Below, piece by piece: positions 55,777 through 61,509 of a stretch of 61,509 nucleotides of DNA. Position numbers and translations under genes: made by a program. The notes beneath the pieces are model-generated. The model did not search any database, had not been told where the DNA came from, and saw nothing but the letters and a program-made list of their open reading frames with translations. This DNA is from a virus (taxonomy: Duplodnaviria > Caudoviricetes). Within the stretch, counting starts at the first letter, position 1; the number at the start of each line of letters is the position of its first letter. Where the stretch lies: positions 1 to 61,509 of the IMG/VR virus record IMGVR_UViG_3300036766_001627. One strand, 5' to 3'.

Positions 55777-56029
55777 TCTTATAATATAAGGGTTTGTATT
55801 CTGATTCTCGCCAACGTGTGGTCCGATAAAAAGTGAGTTTTGACTCAAATATAGGGGGTAGGGGTCTATCGCGTGTATCTAGTACGTCCTCGCCCGGCCG
55901 GCCAGAAAAAAAAAAAGAAAACATTAATGTACGGCGAGCTTTGAAAGGAAACGTCCAAAAATATAAAAGCCTCGCGTGGGGATACGACCAGTCCTTGACG
56001 ATAACGTCTAACGTTATTATAATGGGTTG

Positions 56030-56938
56030 ATGGCTGAAGAAGTGGTGCCCATTCCCGTCAATGACCGTAAAGCGGGGTTGGGCCATTACTTGCCTCTCCA
56101 AGAGGTTGTGGCCATTGAGAACTCTCCTACGGCTACCTCAGCCGTCAATCAGCACAAGCGAACCACCAGACCTGGAGCCATCCAGCGAAGATGCGTCGCT
56201 CGGTTCCCCATGAACGAGGATCGAAAGAACAGGTACATCGAGGGATTGCGTCTCACGGGCAGCCATAAAGCGGCTGCCCTGTACGCGACACCTATCGACC
56301 CCAACTTTCCCGCCAGTGATAAGATGATTCAGCAGGGCCACGGCTACAGCACTTTTCTCCAGCTCAGGCAGCGTGACCCCGAATTCGCGGCGAAGTGCCA
56401 GGATGCGTTAGATAACGCAATCGCCAGGCTTGAGAAAATCGCCTATCGGCGGGCCTTCGTACCCGACACGCGACCTGTGTGTGACAAGGATGGGAATGTG
56501 GTCGCCGTGGCGAAGGCATGGGGAGAGGCGAACAAGCAGATGCGGTATCTGCTCGCTCGCCACGATCCCGAGTGGATTGAGAAGCGGGGCGTCACAGTCT
56601 CGGGCACTATAAACCACGACCATGTCTCTGTTCCGGGCACGATGGGCGTGACTACGGCTGATCTTCGGCTCCTACCTCGGGATCGTCAGGAGTTGTTCTT
56701 CAAGCTGATGGACGAGATCGAGGAGGCGCGCGAGAATCGGGAGATGAACCTCTTGGAAGGAGACACCATTGAAGGCGAAGTTATCTCTGACGGAGGCGAT
56801 CAAGAAGGTATACGACAGGATGCAACGGCTCTTCCAGGGCCTAGCGTTATCGGAACTGCGGGAGAAGTCCTCGCAGAATCCGCCGGTGCAACCTCCGCCA
56901 CGGAAGATTCCTTGACAACACCAAATCCTGTGGTATAG
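56030..56938 (+). CDS. Terminase small subunit (probable)
   Basis: RDPEFAAKC.DA...LEKIAYRRA...YLLAR..PE motif typical of TerS; upstream of TerL. Confidence 0.65.
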   Translation: MAEEVVPIPVNDRKAGLGHYLPLQEVVAIENSPTATSAVNQHKRTTRPGAIQRRCVARFPMNEDRKNRYIEGLRLTGSHKAAALYATPIDPNFPASDKMIQQGHGYSTFLQLRQRDPEFAAKCQDALDNAIARLEKIAYRRAFVPDTRPVCDKDGNVVAVAKAWGEANKQMRYLLARHDPEWIEKRGVTVSGTINHDHVSVPGTMGVTTADLRLLPRDRQELFFKLMDEIEEARENREMNLLEGDTIEGEVISDGGDQEGIRQDATALPGPSVIGTAGEVLAESAGATSATEDSLTTPNPVV

Positions 56939-56945
56939 TTGTGGC

Positions 56946-57224
56946 ATGAGTAGCCGTGCCATCGTCAACTACCTGCTTATCTCGTTGGCCCTGAGTATCG
57001 CTTCAGCGTTTTTGCAGGTCAGGACTGATCCGAGTCTGAGTAATTTTGTATACGGGGTTGTAGGCGGCCTGTTTTTTTTCATCGTAGGGATTCCGTTCCT
57101 GCTCTGCATGTTGTTTGGTTACTTCCTGCGGCCCAGGACTGTCTTCAGGGTAGGCACCTATAGTCGGAACGGCCGACCGCCGGTAACTTACGTCGGTCAC
57201 AGCATCTATTTTGGTCCCCGTTAG
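56946..57224 (+). CDS. Small two-TM membrane protein
   Basis: Two hydrophobic segments; own leaderless promoter. Confidence 0.55.
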   Translation: MSSRAIVNYLLISLALSIASAFLQVRTDPSLSNFVYGVVGGLFFFIVGIPFLLCMLFGYFLRPRTVFRVGTYSRNGRPPVTYVGHSIYFGPR

Positions 57225-57233
57225 GAGAACACC

Positions 57234-57803
57234 ATGTTTGTACTTTCAGAAGATCGTCTCAGTCGCCTCTTGGTATTAAGGACTAAGTCGTATTCCCAGG
57301 AGGAGTTCGTGGCAGATGCTGATGCTCTGTTCGCGGAGCAGCGGGCGGCCGATGAGGCAGAGCGGCCACCAGCCCGCTACTCGAAACCCCTGGGAGAGGG
57401 TGTAGACCAGTGGGAACAGGTTGAGGGAACCAGCATCCGCACGAGAGACGGGAAATTTGTAGACCATGATGGTGCTCCATGCGCTGATCCGTCTGGTCCT
57501 TACGCTGGTGCGTCTGTATGGACTGGCTTCGCTGCCCAGATCGTGGCGACGATGGCGGAACGGGGTTCAAACTACGACAGTCCGCGGAACAACTTCTCGA
57601 ATATAGCCTCACTCTGGTCCAACTGGTTGAGCAAGCGGCTCGGGCAGAGCGTTGTCTTCAGCGCCGAGGATGTGGCTATTTTCAACATCCTCCAGAAGCT
57701 CAGCAGATTGACCTACAAGACGCACAACGATAGCCTGCTCGATATCGCAGGCTATGTCGAGACTATCGCCACGCTTCCGGCGTCTATGCGGAACACGAAG
57801 TAA
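57234..57803 (+). CDS. DUF6378-like domain protein
   Basis: ERGSNYDSPRNNFSNIASLW...DVA...KLSR...HNDSLLDIAGY. Confidence 0.75.
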   Translation: MFVLSEDRLSRLLVLRTKSYSQEEFVADADALFAEQRAADEAERPPARYSKPLGEGVDQWEQVEGTSIRTRDGKFVDHDGAPCADPSGPYAGASVWTGFAAQIVATMAERGSNYDSPRNNFSNIASLWSNWLSKRLGQSVVFSAEDVAIFNILQKLSRLTYKTHNDSLLDIAGYVETIATLPASMRNTK

Positions 57804-57843
57804 CGAAGCAACGAACAGAATATTTTTTTTCCAAGGAGAGACA

Positions 57844-58161
57844 ATGAGCGAGATCAAAGACACAGACCTCAAGATTCAATCGACCGTCGTGGAGTCTTCA
57901 AAAGTCAGCCGGGTGAAGAAGCCTTGCCTGTTCGTGATCCAGGTCCGCTGCGGGGACGCCTGGTACGACTGTGTTGTAGAGGAGGTCCTCGACAGTACGG
58001 CCGCGGCGCTCGCGTATCTGCGTGGTGGTAAGAAGATCACCTATCCTGTTTTAGTGAAACCGAGTGGCATTAGTAAACTTAGCTACCGCATCGTCGCCGT
58101 GAAGGGCACTGTCGAGGTGGAGACGACGAGCGTTGTGCAGCGGAAGCTGAGTGTCGTCTGA
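57844..58161 (+). CDS. Hypothetical protein
   Basis: AAGGAG RBS. Confidence 0.55.
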   Translation: MSEIKDTDLKIQSTVVESSKVSRVKKPCLFVIQVRCGDAWYDCVVEEVLDSTAAALAYLRGGKKITYPVLVKPSGISKLSYRIVAVKGTVEVETTSVVQRKLSVV

Positions 58162-58194
58162 TTGGGTTGGGCAGAAGATTCTTTGGGAGTCATC

Positions 58195-58599
58195 GTGAGC
58201 AAACCATTCATCTACATCGCCTCTCCCTACACGCGAGGTGACGCGGCGCTGAACACTCGATACCAGATGGAGCTGTGGGACCAGCTTGTGACAGACGGGA
58301 TCGTGCTTCCCTATGTCCCTCTCCTCACACACTTCCAGCACATCTTCTTCCCCCGACCATACAAGGACTGGATCGACTACGATCTGGAGCTGATCCGCCG
58401 CGGTACCTTCGACGCCTGCCTCCGCATGGATGCCGTGTACGAGGACAGGGGTGTCTCTTATAGGGAGAAATTTAGCAAGGGCGCCGATGGCGAGGTGGCT
58501 CTGTTCATGTCTCTGGACCTTCCTGTGTTTGTCAACGACCTGAAGACCATGTACGAGTGGGCGAAGCTGCCAGAAGGGCCGGTGCGACGATGTTCGTAG
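58195..58599 (+). CDS. DUF1937/DUF4406-like (nucleoside deoxyribosyltransferase-fold) protein
   Basis: IYIASPY, PLLTHF, SKGADGE motifs. Confidence 0.7.
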   Translation: MSKPFIYIASPYTRGDAALNTRYQMELWDQLVTDGIVLPYVPLLTHFQHIFFPRPYKDWIDYDLELIRRGTFDACLRMDAVYEDRGVSYREKFSKGADGEVALFMSLDLPVFVNDLKTMYEWAKLPEGPVRRCS

Positions 58600-58756
58600 C
58601 TGAGTTACCGCTGGAGAGTGTCGAGGTGGCCAGATACATGGGCTGGACATGTAAATATATGGGCAGCGGGACCTGGCTCATCTACGTTCTTGATTATTCT
58701 GCTAGAAAGGCTGTAGAGCGTACTTTGGGATTCGAGCTGTCTTGGGTGGAGCAAAG

Positions 58757-59047
58757 ATGAACGAGGCACGGGTGAAATTGGAGCTTCTGCAGGACGACCA
58801 GACCTTCGTTGTCTCGCTGAAGCTGTCGGTCAGAAGTACCACGGCGGTCCCACCCATCTGGGTAGACATCACGCTGAACCCCGATAGCACCTCGCTGCGG
58901 GAAGATGTGAAGGCCGCGGCGGAGGCACTCGCCAGACACCTCGGTCTTTATCATATGCAGAACATTGATCCCGCTGATACGGCGCGGGCAGCGTTGGACG
59001 CGCTTGAGGAGGTCTTCGCACGAGCCGCGGAAGCCAGGAGAACTTGA
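58757..59047 (+). CDS. Hypothetical protein
   Basis: GGAG RBS; operon context. Confidence 0.5.
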   Translation: MNEARVKLELLQDDQTFVVSLKLSVRSTTAVPPIWVDITLNPDSTSLREDVKAAAEALARHLGLYHMQNIDPADTARAALDALEEVFARAAEARRT

Positions 59048-59049
59048 TT

Positions 59050-59511
59050 ATGGAAGACACAGAGCCTACGCCCGAGGAGCCTACACCCGAGGAGCAGGCA
59101 GAAAAACACACTTCTTTCTACAATTCCGTTATCTCCGCCGCTATCTGCAAAGGAGTAGCCACAGTGGAGGCATGGAAGTGTCCCTCCTGCGGTCTCATCC
59201 AGTACGTTCTGCACGACGGCGCTGAGGTGTTGCCCTGTCAGAAACCAGGTTGCTCTTACAGGTATCCATCCCGCGCTCCGCGGCGGCCGCAGCGAGGTGA
59301 GAAGACACTCGGCCATGTCGAGTTCGCCCTGGATATGATCGCGGAGACAAACGCGGAGGCCGCTGCGTCCCTGCCGCCTATCGCCGCGGGTGAGATGGCT
59401 GGTTACTCGGCCGATCTGCGTCTCCTCCTCGCCCGACATACGGCGCAGGTCACATTGGGAACGATCAAGCATGTCCGCCTGCTCGCCGAGGCGGCGGCGG
59501 GGGTTCTGTGA
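59050..59511 (+). CDS. Hypothetical Zn-ribbon protein
   Basis: CPSCG...CQKPGC. Confidence 0.5.
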   Translation: MEDTEPTPEEPTPEEQAEKHTSFYNSVISAAICKGVATVEAWKCPSCGLIQYVLHDGAEVLPCQKPGCSYRYPSRAPRRPQRGEKTLGHVEFALDMIAETNAEAAASLPPIAAGEMAGYSADLRLLLARHTAQVTLGTIKHVRLLAEAAAGVL

Positions 59512-61193
59512 TGTCGTCGCTCCAGAGTCTAAACGCTCGCAGCGACAGGCTTCGCGCCAAGATCGAACTGGGTCTGGCCACCTCTGCGGACCAACATCTT
59601 TATAGACGTAGTGGCCGTCTCATCGGCACAGATTCGGAACATGCGATGTATGTACCGAATCCCCCAACGCTGGAGGAGTGGCTGCGGCAGCCGGCTGATG
59701 CTCTGAGCCAGCAGGACGTGCAGTGGCGCGAGGAGGGGGGAAACTGGCTGGCCTTCTACGGGACTAGCAGGCTCGTGAGGTGTCCGCAGGAGGGGAGCCA
59801 GAAGAAGTTTGTCACGTCGCCGATCTTCGAGACGCTCGCGGCCGGGAACAGAGGAGGCGGCAAGAGTGACGCCGCCATCATGCGGTACATACAGCACGTA
59901 GACAGGGGCTTCGGGGCCGACTGGGTTGGTCTGATTATCCGTAATACAAGTCCCGAACTGAAGGACATCATAAAGAAGTCAGAGGAGATAATCCCGGCGA
60001 TCTGGCCCGCGGCCGCCTACAACATGAACGAGAAGATGTGGACCTTTCCAGGCGGGGAGAAGCTATACTTCCGCCACCTGGACAGAGAAGAGCAGTTTCA
60101 GTCCTACAAGGGCTGGGAAGCCCCGTTCGTCCACTTCGAGGAACTCTCACACTGGCTCGACGACCGCTGCTACCGCAAGGCCATCTCTATCTGCCGCTGC
60201 AAGAATCCCGCAGCTCCGCTCATGTTCAGCGCGACTACGAATCCTGGAGGACCCGGCCACAACTGGATCAAGCGCAGATTCCGTCTTCCTCTTTCTCCAG
60301 GCACTATCGTGGGACCTGTGATCCAGGAGACAGACGAGGAGGGCAGAAATCTGAAGGCGAGAGTAGCCATATCTTGCAGCTTCGCCGATAACCAGGTTCT
60401 GGCCCGCGCCAATCCCGACTACCTGCAGGGGTTGAAGAGCGCCGCCACCTCGGAGCACGAGAAACAGGCATGGGTATTCGGCTCCTGGAACATCATCAGC
60501 GGCGGCATGTTCGACGACCTGTGGGACGCGAAGATTCACGTCCTACCCGACCTAGACCCAAGAAAGTTACCGGGGGGCTGGCGCATCCACCGGGCCTACG
60601 ACCACGGGCAGAGCAAGCCGTTCAGCGTCGGCTGGTGGGCGACTAGCAACGGCGAGGCCATAAAGATCGACGGCAGAACAATCGGGTCCGTGCCGGGCGA
60701 CGTTATCAGGGTTTTCGAGTGGTACGGCTGTGGCAAAAACGAGAACGAGGGCCTTCGTATGAATGCGGGAGACATCGCCCTTGGTATTATCGAGCGGGAG
60801 ATCGAGCGGGGCATCCGCGGCCGGGTCCGGCGTGGAGTGGCGGACACGAACATCTTCGACGACTACCAGCCGGGCAGAAGCGTCGCCGGCGATATGGCCC
60901 GCGCCGGCGTGTCGTGGTACCCTGCTGATAAGGGTCCGGGTTCGAGGGTGCAGGGCTGGCAGCAGATGCGGACATTCCTCACCGGCGCCTTCCCCGTCGT
61001 CGGCGGGACACGGGAGCAGCCTGGACTGTTCGTGTGCGAGCGGTGTGTGGACTTCATCAGGACAGTACCTTCGCTGCCGCGGGACAAGAACAAGGTAGAC
61101 GACGTACAAACGGATGCGGAAGACCATGTTGGGGATGAGACGCGCTACTTTTTGAGAATGAAACATATGCAGATTACGCAGAGGGAGTTCTAG
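59508..61193 (+). CDS. terL: Terminase large subunit
   Basis: GNRGGGKS Walker A, FEEL Walker B, TTNPGG motif III, RAYDHG and EDHVGDETRY nuclease motifs. Confidence 0.93.
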   Translation: MMSSLQSLNARSDRLRAKIELGLATSADQHLYRRSGRLIGTDSEHAMYVPNPPTLEEWLRQPADALSQQDVQWREEGGNWLAFYGTSRLVRCPQEGSQKKFVTSPIFETLAAGNRGGGKSDAAIMRYIQHVDRGFGADWVGLIIRNTSPELKDIIKKSEEIIPAIWPAAAYNMNEKMWTFPGGEKLYFRHLDREEQFQSYKGWEAPFVHFEELSHWLDDRCYRKAISICRCKNPAAPLMFSATTNPGGPGHNWIKRRFRLPLSPGTIVGPVIQETDEEGRNLKARVAISCSFADNQVLARANPDYLQGLKSAATSEHEKQAWVFGSWNIISGGMFDDLWDAKIHVLPDLDPRKLPGGWRIHRAYDHGQSKPFSVGWWATSNGEAIKIDGRTIGSVPGDVIRVFEWYGCGKNENEGLRMNAGDIALGIIEREIERGIRGRVRRGVADTNIFDDYQPGRSVAGDMARAGVSWYPADKGPGSRVQGWQQMRTFLTGAFPVVGGTREQPGLFVCERCVDFIRTVPSLPRDKNKVDDVQTDAEDHVGDETRYFLRMKHMQITQREF

Positions 61194-61194
61194 T

Positions 61195-61509
61195 ATGAGT
61201 AAGATTTGCAAGGACTGTGGGATAGAGAAGGACGTGGAGGAATTTAATAAGGACCTCTCCTGCGTGGGCGGAAGGAGGCCGGTTTGTAGGGCTTGTGAAA
61301 CGGAAAGGAAAAAGAAAAGAAGAGCCAACGAATCCAGCGATACTGCCAGTAAGAGTAAGATTTGCAAGGACTGTGGGATAGAGAAGGACGTGGAGGAATT
61401 TAATAAGGACCTCTCCTGCGTGGGCGGAAGGAGGCCGGTTTGTAAGGCTTGTGAAAAGGAAAGGGATAAGAAAAGAAGAGCCAACGAATCCAGCGAGACT
61501 GCCAGTAAG
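61195..61509 (+). CDS. EndoVII-like nuclease, 5' part with 52-aa CxxC...CxxC repeats (continues at position 80)
   Basis: 156-bp repeat units start at 61198, 61354 and, after the junction, 80. Confidence 0.75.
   Translation, partial: MSKICKDCGIEKDVEEFNKDLSCVGGRRPVCRACETERKKKRRANESSDTASKSKICKDCGIEKDVEEFNKDLSCVGGRRPVCKACEKERDKKRRANESSETASK

Overview
The window is an essentially complete ~61.4-kb tailed (siphovirus-like) phage genome. Bases 1-79 repeat 61431-61509, which looks like an assembly circularisation overlap. Gene order is portal, scaffold, capsid, neck, tail tube, frameshifted chaperones, tape measure and tail tip (0.5-19 kb); replication/modification genes (Mom-like GNAT, SNF2 helicase, tRNA-Met, RecD-like helicase, PolA, primase-helicase, RecJ; 22-38 kb); a second fibre module (41-46 kb); a Xer-type recombinase, NUDIX protein and sigma factor; a repeat-rich control/early region (51-56 kb); and the terminases. 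The most striking element is at 31410-32813: a sigma70 promoter, an HNH nuclease, a RAMP/Cas7-like protein and a non-coding array. In the array, near-identical GAAA-tetraloop hairpins separate tracts of strict 5-nt GGT-NN units whose NN dinucleotides vary. This is a candidate minimal, non-CRISPR RNA-guided system. Other notable signals are a tRNA-Gly-like cloverleaf in the 5' end of the Mom-like gene, a dif-like site with about 14 dispersed XerC-arm-like half-sites, systematic leaderless promoters, and two in-frame insertions of paralogous gene segments between direct repeats. All protein calls come from motifs and synteny read by eye; no database search was run.
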